Shown here one piece after another: positions 45,787 to 57,075 of a stretch of 64,000 nucleotides of DNA. Within the stretch, counting starts at the first letter, position 1. Each line of letters begins with the position of its first letter. The translations under genes and the position numbers were made by a program. Location of the stretch: contig OZ025667.1 in the NCBI GenBank assembly GCA_964019335.1, positions 496,001 through 560,000 on the forward strand. The letters are read 5' to 3'. Source of the DNA: Diplonema japonicum. Lineage: Eukaryota > Protista > Euglenozoa: Diplonemea. Below the pieces are notes generated by a model. It saw only the letters and a program-made list of their open reading frames with translations. It searched no databases and was not told the DNA's origin.

Positions 45787-46654
45787 ATGGATAAATTCTT
45801 CACGCGGTCACAGCCTGTAACCGGCGAGATTTTACAAAAATTAGCAGTGAATAAGTATGATTCCCCCCCCCCCCTTTTTTTTCTTTCCAAAAAAGAAAAA
45901 AAAACCAGAAAACCATGGAAAGAATATCTCCGAGAGGCGAAGGGTGGTGCAGAAGGCCAACTAGGCGCGTACAGCCACTCCTTCATGCGGCCAGATTTCA
46001 ATGCCAGAGAAGAAAATAAGTTCGATAAGTACCAAAAGGGATGGCGGGAAACGGGGCTGACGGATAGCAATGGATGGAGGGTCTATAAGGATGCCCTTCC
46101 CGCCCATTTTGAATTGCACCCAAAGGACCCTATTGCGGGTAAGGACTGGATGAAATTGCATGAAAAAAATCCTGCTTACCTTTCAAAGTTCATGAACGCC
46201 CAGGGGATGCCTTTCTCTTCCCGCTACAGTGGGCTCAAGGCAGGTGCTCACTCCCAGCTTCTTGTATCGGTGGAGCGCGCACGGCATCTCGGTCTCCTCC
46301 CCGTTTGGGGGAACCCTTACTACCACCGGAATGAGAAAAACAAACCCACCCCACGTGTCTCCAACACCACCCGTGACCATGTTGAGGCGTACCGCTCGCA
46401 GTGGATTGAAAACGAGAGAATAAAAAAGCACTTCAGCGAGCTGAAGAAAATGACCAACGAAATTAAACGCGCCAGGAGATCAGGACAGGTACTACTATTT
46501 AAAAAAAGAAAAAGAAAAAAAAAAAATGTAACAGGGTGTCGAGGTAATGGGGAACCTGCCGCACTTCCCACGGGTTGTGAACCGACGTGAGGCCTACGAC
46601 CACAAGAGATTCCACTACGCGGTGAGCCATGTGAACCCCTTGGACTGTGTTTAG
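45787..46654 (+). CDS. Mitochondrial ribosomal protein bS18m-like; introns 45855-45908, 46489-46534; start uncertain
   Basis: NPAYLSKFMNAQG...SRYSGL...VERARHLGLLP matches the S18 core; last exon GVEVMGNLPH...LDCV*. Confidence 0.75.
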
Positions 46655-46763
46655 GCTGCAGTGTTTTTCTTTTTTTTACTTTTCTTTGGAAGAGGAGTGT
46701 TGTTTTGTTATTACTTTCTCTGTTTATTTTCTTCTTCATAAGTAACCCCACTGTCACAGTGCA

Positions 46764-47315
46764 ATGGCCTCTCGATGGGGGGGTATGGAGGACCCCACTC
46801 CCTCAGGGTTGAAGCACAGGCTGATGGCCAATATCCGTGACGGCGACCCTGACATGCAGTGGGTGATGCACGAGGTGCTGTTGATAAAGGAACAGCTGGG
46901 TGTGGAAGGGGGCATGCAAGAGCTCAGGCGGGAACTGAAGCTGCTGAAGGACAAGATGGAAGTGAACGATGAGGTGGTACGGCTGCGTGCAGCGAACATG
47001 GAGTTGAGCCTTTCCTTAGAGAGTTACAAGGCAGAACTCAACAAGCTCCGTGTTAGCAAAGAAGAAGTCCTTCTGGATGTGATACAAGAGAAGCAGGCAC
47101 GCATCGCCACCACAGAGGAGCTGATCGAACTGCGAGACAGCGAGCAGGCCGCCCAGGAGGAGATCAGCCGCCTTACAGAACTGCTCAACCAAGGGGGCCA
47201 CACCATCGCAACAACAGCACCGAACCTTTCTTCTTTGAAACAAACCATCTTCAGCGAGACTAAAAGATGGGAGGAACACCTCACCGCCAACCCCTACGGC
47301 ACCTCTCTTTACTAG
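46764..47315 (+). CDS. Coiled-coil hypothetical protein
   Basis: 183-aa ORF, heptad-rich; ATG after TCACAG. Confidence 0.65.
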   Translation: MASRWGGMEDPTPSGLKHRLMANIRDGDPDMQWVMHEVLLIKEQLGVEGGMQELRRELKLLKDKMEVNDEVVRLRAANMELSLSLESYKAELNKLRVSKEEVLLDVIQEKQARIATTEELIELRDSEQAAQEEISRLTELLNQGGHTIATTAPNLSSLKQTIFSETKRWEEHLTANPYGTSLY

Positions 47316-47369
47316 AATGTACTGTATTTATAGCTTCACTGTTCTAACACAACACGGCACACAGGATAC

Positions 47370-48548
47370 ATGGCGGTCCCCTACAACACTGAGGGCGTCT
47401 ACTCGCACGTCCCTGTCAAGCAGGAGTTTGGGAGTGACTTCTTCGATGAAGCTGAAGAGGGGCAGACCCTGCGCATACCCGCAGGCACCATCTACGATGT
47501 GATTCAGGCAACGTGGGGGGCAGGGCACAGCAACGTCGACATCACGAGCCACATAAGGTCGCAGCTGAGGGACGGCGGTCTGCAAGTGCTGGCAACAAGT
47601 GAGAACCTGCAAGTCCTCGACCCAGCACAGGGGCAGAAGAAACGTCTTGTCGTGCGATACACGGAAACATTCTATGTAGAGCAGGACAAGCGGCTGGAGG
47701 GAGTCGACCTGAACACAACAGAAGGGAAGCTGCAAGAGGCGGAAGTGACAATTGACAGGTTGGTCCACGAAAACAAGCGCATGAAGGAAACACTTATCAA
47801 GAACGAAAGGCGTGACAACCACTACAGGGAGATTGAGGGGAAGCTGCGGGAGGAGATCCTTCTGCGCAGGAAGCTGGAGCAGTCGGTGTACGACAATGAA
47901 GGGGCGCTGGTGGCCACCAGAATATCGGAGCTGGAACGGGATGTCAACAGGCTGCGGTTGATGCTGAGGAACGAGCAGCAGGCGGTCATCAACGAGCAGC
48001 AACAAAGGAAGGTACTGCAGGACGAGCTGAACCTACTGAAGGACACGAAGGGTGGTACGAACGGTGTGATCCAACAGCAGATCGCAGACCTGCGGGTGGA
48101 GAACGACAGGCTCATGACGCAGATGCAGGATGTGAATAGGCTGAACGTTCAGCTCCAGCTGTCGATGAAAGATCAGGCTGAGTTCGATAACCTTCGAGCC
48201 GACATGTTTGCGAAGGACAACATCGACCCTGTGACAGGTGCCCTCCCGTTGAGCACGTCACATGTGAGGGTCAGGAAGAGCGTGCTGTGTGGGAAGTGCA
48301 AAGCGTCTGTCGAGTCATGGGAACGCCAGGCAATCTCACGCAACACCGCCCGCAACCTGCACCGAGAGCCTTCTCCACCCCCACTCCACCCGGCACACAG
48401 TACCACCTACAGAGCCCACGACGCTGGGTGGCGGGCCTTCACGACCCCCAACACCCCTACCCCTGTCTACCACAACGTTCTCACTGCACGTACACAATAT
48501 TCCCAACCTTCCCAGCCTTCCCAGCCTTCAAGCTTTACCAGGATCTGA
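47370..48548 (+). CDS. Protein with SUEL-lectin/DNAJC11-C-like small domain and long coiled coil
   Basis: IQATWG...VDIT...DPAQGQKKRLVVRY, then coiled coil. Confidence 0.65.
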   Translation: MAVPYNTEGVYSHVPVKQEFGSDFFDEAEEGQTLRIPAGTIYDVIQATWGAGHSNVDITSHIRSQLRDGGLQVLATSENLQVLDPAQGQKKRLVVRYTETFYVEQDKRLEGVDLNTTEGKLQEAEVTIDRLVHENKRMKETLIKNERRDNHYREIEGKLREEILLRRKLEQSVYDNEGALVATRISELERDVNRLRLMLRNEQQAVINEQQQRKVLQDELNLLKDTKGGTNGVIQQQIADLRVENDRLMTQMQDVNRLNVQLQLSMKDQAEFDNLRADMFAKDNIDPVTGALPLSTSHVRVRKSVLCGKCKASVESWERQAISRNTARNLHREPSPPPLHPAHSTTYRAHDAGWRAFTTPNTPTPVYHNVLTARTQYSQPSQPSQPSSFTRI

Positions 48549-48703
48549 CATACTGGACAGGTGGAGAAGAACGAAAGAAACGAATGTATATGTTTTGTAT
48601 TTTCTTGCAGATTATTGTTTATTTTTGTCTAGGCTGTGTGCTGTGACATAAAATCAAACTTAAAATAGGAGGCAAGGGGGCGAGGGAGGTAAAAGGAAAA
48701 AAA

Positions 48704-48734
<31 letters not shown>

Positions 48735-48735
<1 letters not shown>

Positions 48736-48879
48736 TGGGCTTCGTGATGCCTGCAACGGGGAAGCGCTCCCTGAAACGAAAGAGAGAAGGAGAGGACAGG
48801 AAGGTGGCAGATGGGTTGAACGAGTTCTGCTTCAATACGTATGGTGGTTTACTGGGAGAAAGAAGAAAAAAAAAGAGGG

Positions 48880-48921
<42 letters not shown>

Positions 48922-49391
48922 AGTTTCGAATTTGCTGCAGACGCGAAAAAGAAAAAAATCGAAAAGGTGACGAAAGGGAAAAAAGAAAATACACTTTCAA
49001 TGCTAAACAAAGTGCAACAAGTACAAGAAAGGCTGCATGATATGATGGTATAGAAACTCGTTGTGAATTATGATTTTTTAAAAAAAAAACCCAGGGAACA
49101 GAAGAGGGAGAAGCTTTGAACTCCGGGGTGCGATGGGAGGCCGCCCTGAGCCGGGCCGCTGGCAGGAAGGTGAAAGACAACCCTGACAAACTGAAGAAAA
49201 CCCTGAAACGAACACAGAAACTGAAACAAAAATCAAGGGAAAAAGTATTTAAAAAATAAAAATAAAAAGGGGCGACACACACACAACAGTGGGCAACATT
49301 CCAAGAAGCAGTGGCTAAAGCAAAGGAGGCGGGGACAGCGATACCCAAAACACTGGTTTGGAATACTATCTTTTTTATTCTTCTTCTTTTT

Positions 49392-49426
<35 letters not shown>

Positions 49427-49623
49427 AAACCTTCAGACAAAACCCAAAACTGCCAAAAAGCACAAGTTGCCAAAAGAAAAGAAACCCGCTGACAGCGAAG
49501 AAGGAGCAACAGGAAAAGGCAAGGGCAAAGGCAAAGGCAAAGGCAAAGGAGGTGGAAAAGCCGGAAAAGGCAGCAAGGGGTCTAAAGGATCCAAGGTATC
49601 CCTGCACTTTCTTTTAGATCAAC

Positions 49624-49654
<31 letters not shown>

Positions 49655-49841
49655 TACATAACAGGGCGGAACATCAGGGGGCAAGAAAGGCGACGCATCT
49701 AGCGAAGGTCACAGCGAGGGCGGTGGGAAAACAAAAGATAAATCGAAACTGGGCCGCATTACAAGGAGGCTCGACAGCCTAAAGGCGGTACACAAACAGG
49801 GCAAGGCAAAAGCAAAAGCCATGAAGAAACAGAGCGAGTAG
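48735..49841 (+). CDS. SURF6: SURF6/Rrp14 nucleolar protein; introns 48839-48923, 49048-49094, 49245-49289, 49356-49436, 49596-49664
   Basis: Reconstructed WEAALSRAAGRKVKDNPDKLKKTLKR...KSREK|W is the SURF6 signature; all five junctions are GT-AG and keep frame; missed by the ORF track. Confidence 0.8.
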
Positions 49842-49980
49842 AAAAACAAAACCACACAGACTTTACGGTTACATCAAATTTCTGAGTTAAAAACAAAACC
49901 AAAAAAAGAAAAGAAAATCACATAGTAACATTCCTTTTTGCCGGCGCACTAGTTACCTACAGACAGGAAAGGAAAGGGCG

Positions 49981-52900
49981 ATGAAGCGAGCAAGAAGAAA
50001 ACGTGAGACCCATGACAGTGACGATGATGAGGACGACGATGGAACATCTAGTTACAAGGGCAGCATACAACGGGCTCGGTCTGGTGCGAAGTCAGACACA
50101 GGAAGCACGTTGAGCAACAGTATTACGAAGTCACGCACCTCACACACCTACAGCCAGGCCACAGATGAACTCGATGATGAATCGGGTGAGGAAGTCGCCG
50201 ATTCCTTAACTGAGACGTACCACATGCTTACGTGCTCTGAGAATGTGACCGCCAACCCTTCCCTTGTGAGCCTTCTCACTGAGGCAGATGCCTCTATCGA
50301 GAAAAATCCAAAGACAGGCGCTCCCCTCGACCTCTCCGCACATTACATAGGGCACAAGCACCTCTGCTTCCTTGCGCACGTTCTTGTTACCACGGGCTGT
50401 CCTATCTCTTCCATCTCACTCAAAGACTCGCAATTGCATTGCACTGTGCTTCCTGCATTCGTCACGGCCTTCAAGGCGCACAAGTCGAAGCTCACTTCCC
50501 TTGACCTCAGTAATAACCCGTCCCTTGCCTACCTCAGTGGCAGGGAGCTCTTGTCTCTGATTAAGACCAAACAAAAAATCACCCATTTGGACCTCTCGGG
50601 GACCTCTGTGCACCCGTGCCTCATGGCGAAGATCGCGAGACAGCTCGAGGCGAACAAGGAGTTTGTGAAATCGAGCAACCGTCAGATATCCACGGAATAC
50701 TCCCTCGAGTTCTACATGCCTAGGACTTTTCTTTCGGTCTACCACCCGCCTATCCTTGTGTCTTTTGCAGCTGCGGATAGCCTCTACACCTCACGGCTCT
50801 GTTCCGTTTTATCGCAAGTTGACCCACGGCTGAACGGTGCCTTCGCGCTGTTCCACCACAGGAAGACGTCACCCGACTACCAGGAGTTCATCAAGACGTG
50901 CTTCATTGACGCAGACTACGTTTTGGTTGTTGCCTCGAAGCACTGGGAACGAGACGAGCAGTGCGTGGCTGAGATGTCGTGGTTCAAGGGGCGCACCATG
51001 TTCGTTGTTGTACCGGATGATATGCCGGAGGGCAGCGTGCCGACCCTTGTTGTGAAGATGTCTTCTCACTTAGATGACTACAGCGCGATGGATATGTGTC
51101 TTGATAAACAGGCAGCGATGCAAGTCTGCAGCTCTAGTTACGTGCTGCCAGCTGTGTCCACCACGCTGGCGTGCCTGAGCGACTCTTTTGAAACCACGAC
51201 AACAGAAGTTCCCACTCCTCCACAATTGCAGTTCGTAGCCCCCACGCACCGCTTCCACCTGCCTTTTAATAACCTCACCGCCACTTCACAATCGATGGAT
51301 GCACTGGCTACCCGTATCACAGTGGAATTGAGTTGCTCGCAGTCTTTCACCCTGCCTGCAAGGGGTGAGGCTGCAGAGCTTAGTCGGTGGAAGAAACTCT
51401 TCGTCCTTGTTACCCAATCTCTGGTTCCTGAAAACCCTACACACGTGTCTCTCTACCCACGGCTTGTGAAACGCATGCAGCTCCACCGTCAAGAGAACAA
51501 CGGAGTGCCGTTCCTTCCAAAGGTACGTTCTGTGACCGACACTGAGAAGGTTATTTACAGCATCCTTGCGCAGCAGGCATCAAAAACCGAAGATGCGAAA
51601 AAGCCAAAAGGCGCGATAAGAGGTGGGAGGAAAAGAAACGGCGATGTTAAGGCCACACAAGTAAAGCTTCAGGACACAGGTCCTGCAAAGCAAGAGGCGA
51701 GCAAATCCAAATCGGCTCGATCGGCGGCGGTGATGAGGATCTGCTTCGATGTTGATGCGCAGGAGAGGTTCTACTATAACAGACTGTGGCGGAAGCGGGA
51801 GTGGGTGCCACGGAACACGACACCTTTGGTGCAGATGGGCATGCTGTACGTGAAGAACCCGCAAAAGCTGCGACTGAGACAGGTTCTAACACATGAGGAG
51901 CTGTGCGTTTCGCGCAAGAGGGCAACACTTGTAAAGGAAAGCAGGGCGCTGAGGATCAGTCAGCGTAGCTTGGCATACAAAGTTCGACTCATCAACAAGC
52001 TGGAGGACAGGGCAGATCATGACAAAGCTGAAAGCGTGCTGCAACTTTCTCTTCTGCTACCGCACTTCGATGTTTCTGTAGTGCGTGAGGTGCGCAGCTT
52101 GAAAGAGCCCAGACTCACAGATACTGTGCGCGTGTGCGCCAAAGCTGTCCTGATAGTTCTTGGCGAGGAGAGCGACGAGAAGTCATTAACCTGGTGGTGG
52201 TCCATGACTCAGACAGCTTTTGCAGTGGAAAGCCAGCTCTTGTACCGCCTAGCCAATCTTGTGCCCGAGAGAGTACGAAAACGGCAGTGGAACAGGATAA
52301 AGGACTTTCTGGCGCATCCTTTTTATACGCTGGACGAAGCCTCGGTGTCACACGAGGTTTGGGCAGAAGAGGCGCTCAATGGCGCACGGCCACGGGGCGT
52401 GATCGCTCTGTTTGCAAGGTGGGTACACTGTGTGTATCACCAGTACACTGCAAGCAGGAAGCTCGAGATGGATGCCTACAAGTACATCGATGAGCTGCAT
52501 GATGACTACAAGCAGCTGTCAGACAAGGTAACAGCACAGGAGCAGAAGGTAGCCCTGCTGGAAATCGGGGTTGGAAACCTTCAACAACACGTTGCTGAGA
52601 AGATACGAGAGTACTCCACCATGACGAGCGAGCAGCAGACCACCACCGACTCGTCACACGACCCGCTGGAGAAGCCGTACGCTGACTATCTGCGCACTCT
52701 GCAGAAGTGCTCGCTATTCAATGGTGTGCCTGGTAAAGCGCTACGCGAGATTGCTTTGTCCGCAACACTGGTGAAGTACGAGAAACGAAATGTAATCGTC
52801 GAGTCCGACAAACTGCTGCTACTAGTGTCTGGTCGGGTGCAGCTTAACATCATAGATGCTCTGTCTGTGTCGCTACGGAGCGTCACACTCAGCAACCATT

Positions 52901-55900
52901 CCGCACGTGTGGGTGAAAGCCCATGGGGAGGAAGGGACGCAACTGTCGCCTTTGACGTTGTTCAACCCAACCCAAAGCGCCACAAGAGTTTCAGGAGTGT
53001 GTGTTCTCTTGGTACTGGAACTGAGATTTCCACGGAGTCCACAGAAGGAGCAACGACATTGCACGCTGGGCAGTGGTTATTTGATCAAGCTTTCATCAAC
53101 GCCTTGGCAGGCGAACAAACGGAATGCTCAGAAGTGCGTGTTTCCTCTTTGGGCGGTCCTCGGGGAAGGCCCTCGAGTTTGATGCAGATATCTGTCTCGC
53201 GGTTGTCGGAAGAAATACGGAATGTCATCACACCCATTCTTGTTAAGAATAGAGAAGTTTTGCTGCAAAGGGCCTACAAGATGTTGTTTTTACAGCAGTT
53301 GCCGTTCCTCGCCGGAATCGGGAGAGAGGTGATCTTGTCCATCGCCCTGTCTGTGAAGGAAGTCATTTATGAGCCTGATCAAGTCGTTCAAGAGAAGGGT
53401 AGCGTCACTGACCGCTTGTGTGTCGTGTGTGCAGGTAGTGTTGCGATGAACGAAAAGATGTACAGTTCCGTCTTTTTCCCTACTCCAGAGGCTGTGCTGA
53501 CAGCTGGTAGCACAGCAGGCTGTGGAGTGCGGGCTTCTGAGTACGGGTGCCGTTTACTTTCTCTAAGCTCGGACGACCTCTACAACTTGTGTACTACCTT
53601 CAGCTCCCTCAGGACAAGGCTCAGTTGCACCATCGAAGCCCGCAACGAGAAGATTACCGTTTTGCACAACCCCGCCAGCTACCCTTGGTCGGACTTCAAC
53701 GAGAACTTCCAGCATCTCCTTGCGAGTATACCTGCAAGCAAAGCAGAAGCATCCGCAAGGGAACGCTCTCTAAAAAGCTTGAAAAACACTTTCATTCACC
53801 TGGCTTTACCGTTGGTGGAAATGGTGGTATCGGAGATACACCAAGACCCTGGGACGTGTCTCCTGCCCGCCGTGTACGGGGCACAGCACACTCCCAGCAT
53901 GGGTGGGTACAAGTACGTTATCAATGGCGTTCTGATAGAAGCGGCGTCTAACAAGGGCAACATCTACGGGGACTTGGGGAACGCGTCGAAAGCTTTGAAA
54001 CACGAGTTAAGAGCTTGGGAACAGTTCCTGGGGACAGGTGCGCGAGGGGTGTGCGTTCCCCTGTGCATTCTCGTAACGTACAGGGGGTACCGTGTCAAAG
54101 CAATGCCCCTCTTGCCTTTAGGAGGACGTGAGACCATCGTGCACGGCGGTTCGGATGGGAATGGTGTCCCTGAGGAACTAGGCATTCATCAAAGAGAGTC
54201 GCCCGAGGTCAGCGCCACGCTCAAAGGTGTCTGCACCATGCTGAACATCAAAGGGCATAGGCTGCCTGGCAACAGGAGATTGTTCTATGGCCCAGCTGAC
54301 CTAGAAGTGCGGAAGGGTACGGACGGCAGGTATTATTTGTTGAGACCTGGTAGGTTGTTCCCGCCTCAACACATCAAACCGAAGACAAGCAACCATGGGC
54401 AGTGGTTGGTACAACTCATGCGCCCGGAAGCTGTGATGGCCTCCAAGAAAGCGCTTTCCAGTGATGCCTTCAGCAGGTGGGAAACGAGTGCCTCCAACGA
54501 TGCGGACGTCATAGCGGAGTGCCGCCGGCTTCACGCCGAGGTAATGCCGGAGTTTGCGGCACATTTGTTGACACTATTCGAAGACTTTTCTGTGCCTGCC
54601 TTTGAGGAGCTTGAGGATGAGAAGCTGTGCGCACCTCTTGAGCTCCTCTGCAATGAGGCCCATGCATGGGGTGTCAATATACGCAGCTTCGCTGCGGTTG
54701 TCGCCCTTCTAGCACCCTCTGCTGTCAATGTATGCAGGCTCCTGTATATTGAACTTCTGGCCCGCACGTTCAAAACCACCCTTGCCCAAGCACTTCGCTC
54801 CCTGACTAAATCCACTGCTGAGGCTGTCGAACGCGAGATCACAAGACTCCTATCCGCCTTCTTCGGGGTAGGTCCTTCCAACACAGCTTTTTGGAGAGAC
54901 ACCCTTTATCCAAACTGCAAAAGAAAGTTCGGTTTCGCAAACCTCGAAACCTACTTCAGAAACATACCCACAATGCACATCACTACGGAAGGTGTGTGCA
55001 GGGTGGAGTATTTAGGCTTCACGGAGGCACTGACAAAAATCAAACTAACTCCTTGCTGGCACATGATGATGCTATCGAGAGTTTGCAAATTGTGTGGTTT
55101 GAAACTGAGTCACAACGACGCCAAAGGTCACTACGATAGGTTGGTGGAAGTGGAGAACACAACTGTACTAGTTGCAGCAGTGAAGAAGAGGGCCAGCTCA
55201 AGGCACTCGATGGGATCGGCCTCGTCCAGGCGCAAAGGGAGAAACGACGAGTCCTCAGAAAGCGTGCCCTTCCATTTCCTAGACGATGCCCTCCCTGTGG
55301 TTCGGAGCATCACGATCCCGCCGTCAGATGCCGTCGAGATGTGCGTAGTGCGGGGGAGGCTGGACCTCGCTGTCAAGAAGCTGCACGAGAAGCTCACAAG
55401 CATGAAGTCAACCGTTGGCGAGGACCACGGGTCGTTGGTAAAACCAATGGTGGCACTCGCAAGTGTTTACAAAGAATGGGGCAAGCACGATTCTGAAGAG
55501 GAATTCTTGCAAGAGGCACTCGACCTGTGCGTGATGGACTTACCCTTCGATGAAGCGACTGGCAACAAGCAGCGCAGCTTCGATGAGGCGAGTATCATGA
55601 TCGACCTTGCGGACTACCACCATAGACACGGGAACACTGGAAGGGCCGCTTACCTGCTGCATCAAGCCCACGCTGTCCTTGCGGAGCTCGGTTTCGACGG
55701 CACCAACGAGACCATGGTGCAGTGCCTCCTTGCACTGGGAGAAGTTGAAGAGGCGCAGCTAAACCATGACCAAGCTTACGATGCCTTTGCTGAAGTAAAA
55801 GCGGCATGCGAAGCGAAACATGTAGCACAGACAGACCGCGTCATGGTGGAGTCCTCGCTGGGCATCGCGACATCGCTGCTGGGACAGTTTGATCTGGATG

Positions 55901-56436
55901 CGTGCGAGCAGGCCTTAGTAGATGTACGGGAGAATGTGAATGACGCGGCGGACCTCTCACTGATGCCGATGGTGAAGTGCACGGAATGGCTTGTCGCTGA
56001 TCTGAAGGGCGAAGTCGATGTGGCGTTGGTGACACTTCACGAAGGGTACTTGGCTGCGTGGGCGTGGGTTTGTGAGAGCAAAGGGAAGGCCATGCTGGAT
56101 GCTGTTGAGTTCCTGTGCAAAATTCTGTCAAGATTCCAGATATCAGTTTCAAAGACCGGTAAGGGCACCTCCCGCTTCGAGGACTTGATGGTACTCACAA
56201 TGCAGAATATACCTGAAGCCGCCTCCATCATGAACACCTTCCCCAACCTGCAAGACCATAACTTGCTCGCCAACGCTCCGTCTGTGGTGCTCTCAGAGGT
56301 AGTTTCTTCAGATACAGCCTCAAAGACGAGGAAGCGCCTTGCCGTGGTCCTTCTTGCAAAGCAGCACAGGCAGGAGTCGTGTTTTGAACAGCTTGAAATC
56401 CTGCTGGAGGCCGCAATTGCGACAGACTTGTATTGA
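49981..56436 (+). CDS. 2151-aa multidomain protein: LRR, TIR-like, dynein-stalk-like, two cNMP-binding-like, CLU, TPR
   Basis: LTSLDLSNN/ITHLDLSGT LRRs; CLU motifs GGYKY, HELRA, PLCILVTYRGYRV, GPADLE..GTDGRYY, RLFPP, LMRPE, LSSDAFS; C-terminal TPR-like helices. Confidence 0.85.
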   Translation: MKRARRKRETHDSDDDEDDDGTSSYKGSIQRARSGAKSDTGSTLSNSITKSRTSHTYSQATDELDDESGEEVADSLTETYHMLTCSENVTANPSLVSLLTEADASIEKNPKTGAPLDLSAHYIGHKHLCFLAHVLVTTGCPISSISLKDSQLHCTVLPAFVTAFKAHKSKLTSLDLSNNPSLAYLSGRELLSLIKTKQKITHLDLSGTSVHPCLMAKIARQLEANKEFVKSSNRQISTEYSLEFYMPRTFLSVYHPPILVSFAAADSLYTSRLCSVLSQVDPRLNGAFALFHHRKTSPDYQEFIKTCFIDADYVLVVASKHWERDEQCVAEMSWFKGRTMFVVVPDDMPEGSVPTLVVKMSSHLDDYSAMDMCLDKQAAMQVCSSSYVLPAVSTTLACLSDSFETTTTEVPTPPQLQFVAPTHRFHLPFNNLTATSQSMDALATRITVELSCSQSFTLPARGEAAELSRWKKLFVLVTQSLVPENPTHVSLYPRLVKRMQLHRQENNGVPFLPKVRSVTDTEKVIYSILAQQASKTEDAKKPKGAIRGGRKRNGDVKATQVKLQDTGPAKQEASKSKSARSAAVMRICFDVDAQERFYYNRLWRKREWVPRNTTPLVQMGMLYVKNPQKLRLRQVLTHEELCVSRKRATLVKESRALRISQRSLAYKVRLINKLEDRADHDKAESVLQLSLLLPHFDVSVVREVRSLKEPRLTDTVRVCAKAVLIVLGEESDEKSLTWWWSMTQTAFAVESQLLYRLANLVPERVRKRQWNRIKDFLAHPFYTLDEASVSHEVWAEEALNGARPRGVIALFARWVHCVYHQYTASRKLEMDAYKYIDELHDDYKQLSDKVTAQEQKVALLEIGVGNLQQHVAEKIREYSTMTSEQQTTTDSSHDPLEKPYADYLRTLQKCSLFNGVPGKALREIALSATLVKYEKRNVIVESDKLLLLVSGRVQLNIIDALSVSLRSVTLSNHSARVGESPWGGRDATVAFDVVQPNPKRHKSFRSVCSLGTGTEISTESTEGATTLHAGQWLFDQAFINALAGEQTECSEVRVSSLGGPRGRPSSLMQISVSRLSEEIRNVITPILVKNREVLLQRAYKMLFLQQLPFLAGIGREVILSIALSVKEVIYEPDQVVQEKGSVTDRLCVVCAGSVAMNEKMYSSVFFPTPEAVLTAGSTAGCGVRASEYGCRLLSLSSDDLYNLCTTFSSLRTRLSCTIEARNEKITVLHNPASYPWSDFNENFQHLLASIPASKAEASARERSLKSLKNTFIHLALPLVEMVVSEIHQDPGTCLLPAVYGAQHTPSMGGYKYVINGVLIEAASNKGNIYGDLGNASKALKHELRAWEQFLGTGARGVCVPLCILVTYRGYRVKAMPLLPLGGRETIVHGGSDGNGVPEELGIHQRESPEVSATLKGVCTMLNIKGHRLPGNRRLFYGPADLEVRKGTDGRYYLLRPGRLFPPQHIKPKTSNHGQWLVQLMRPEAVMASKKALSSDAFSRWETSASNDADVIAECRRLHAEVMPEFAAHLLTLFEDFSVPAFEELEDEKLCAPLELLCNEAHAWGVNIRSFAAVVALLAPSAVNVCRLLYIELLARTFKTTLAQALRSLTKSTAEAVEREITRLLSAFFGVGPSNTAFWRDTLYPNCKRKFGFANLETYFRNIPTMHITTEGVCRVEYLGFTEALTKIKLTPCWHMMMLSRVCKLCGLKLSHNDAKGHYDRLVEVENTTVLVAAVKKRASSRHSMGSASSRRKGRNDESSESVPFHFLDDALPVVRSITIPPSDAVEMCVVRGRLDLAVKKLHEKLTSMKSTVGEDHGSLVKPMVALASVYKEWGKHDSEEEFLQEALDLCVMDLPFDEATGNKQRSFDEASIMIDLADYHHRHGNTGRAAYLLHQAHAVLAELGFDGTNETMVQCLLALGEVEEAQLNHDQAYDAFAEVKAACEAKHVAQTDRVMVESSLGIATSLLGQFDLDACEQALVDVRENVNDAADLSLMPMVKCTEWLVADLKGEVDVALVTLHEGYLAAWAWVCESKGKAMLDAVEFLCKILSRFQISVSKTGKGTSRFEDLMVLTMQNIPEAASIMNTFPNLQDHNLLANAPSVVLSEVVSSDTASKTRKRLAVVLLAKQHRQESCFEQLEILLEAAIATDLY

Positions 56437-56523
56437 GAGCTTCGCTTTTTCTTTTTACTCATTTACCCTTTTTCTTTCTAGATTTACACATCTTAAGTTA
56501 AGACAGTTTTGACTGTATTGCTA

Positions 56524-56841
56524 ATGCGGTAAAAGGGGGAAAAAAATATTCACAGGGGACTTACACATGTGTGGGTGATGCACGCAAGGACGCAAGCAGC
56601 AGGGACAACAATCGACAAGAGTAAAGACGAAAGGCTTGTGTTTGACGTTGTTAAGGATAAATGGGCAGTAGGGCCCTCTGGGGGGAGGTACGTTGTGAAG
56701 ACAAAGTCTGATGGGTCTGCAGACCCTAAAGTAAAACACTACATAGCGCACTGGAACTACAAGTACGGGGAACCCAAGGACACGATCTCGAGTGGTGAAG
56801 CCTTCTCGATGGGAATCGGCTCATGGAAGGACTTCTTCTGA
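56524..56841 (+). CDS. Small hypothetical protein, possibly mitochondrial; intron 56529-56555
   Basis: ATGCG|gtaaaa...tcacag|GGGA gives MRGLTHVWVMHAR in frame with ORF 56569. Confidence 0.55.
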
Positions 56842-57075
56842 TATTACACGTTATATGAGTAGCATCTGTAGTGTTTTCCCCCATCTCTTTCGATGGGCAC
56901 TTCTCCCATCGTAGTTAATTTCTTCTTCTTCTTTTTTTTTTTCTTTTTTTTTTTTCCGGTTCCCTTTTATAGAAGAAACATTGCAGTACCACAAGGGCAC
57001 CCTCCCCTGAACATCGCTCATCTCCCCCCCCCTTTTTTTTCTTTTTTCGCGCTCTGGCCCGCTTCTTGTTTGGGG

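Noticed and set aside
47319-47364. GT...ACAG segment as an intron fusing ORFs 46764 and 47370
   Set aside because: The upstream TAG precedes the donor and the join is out of frame; the ACAG is better read as the downstream gene's acceptor
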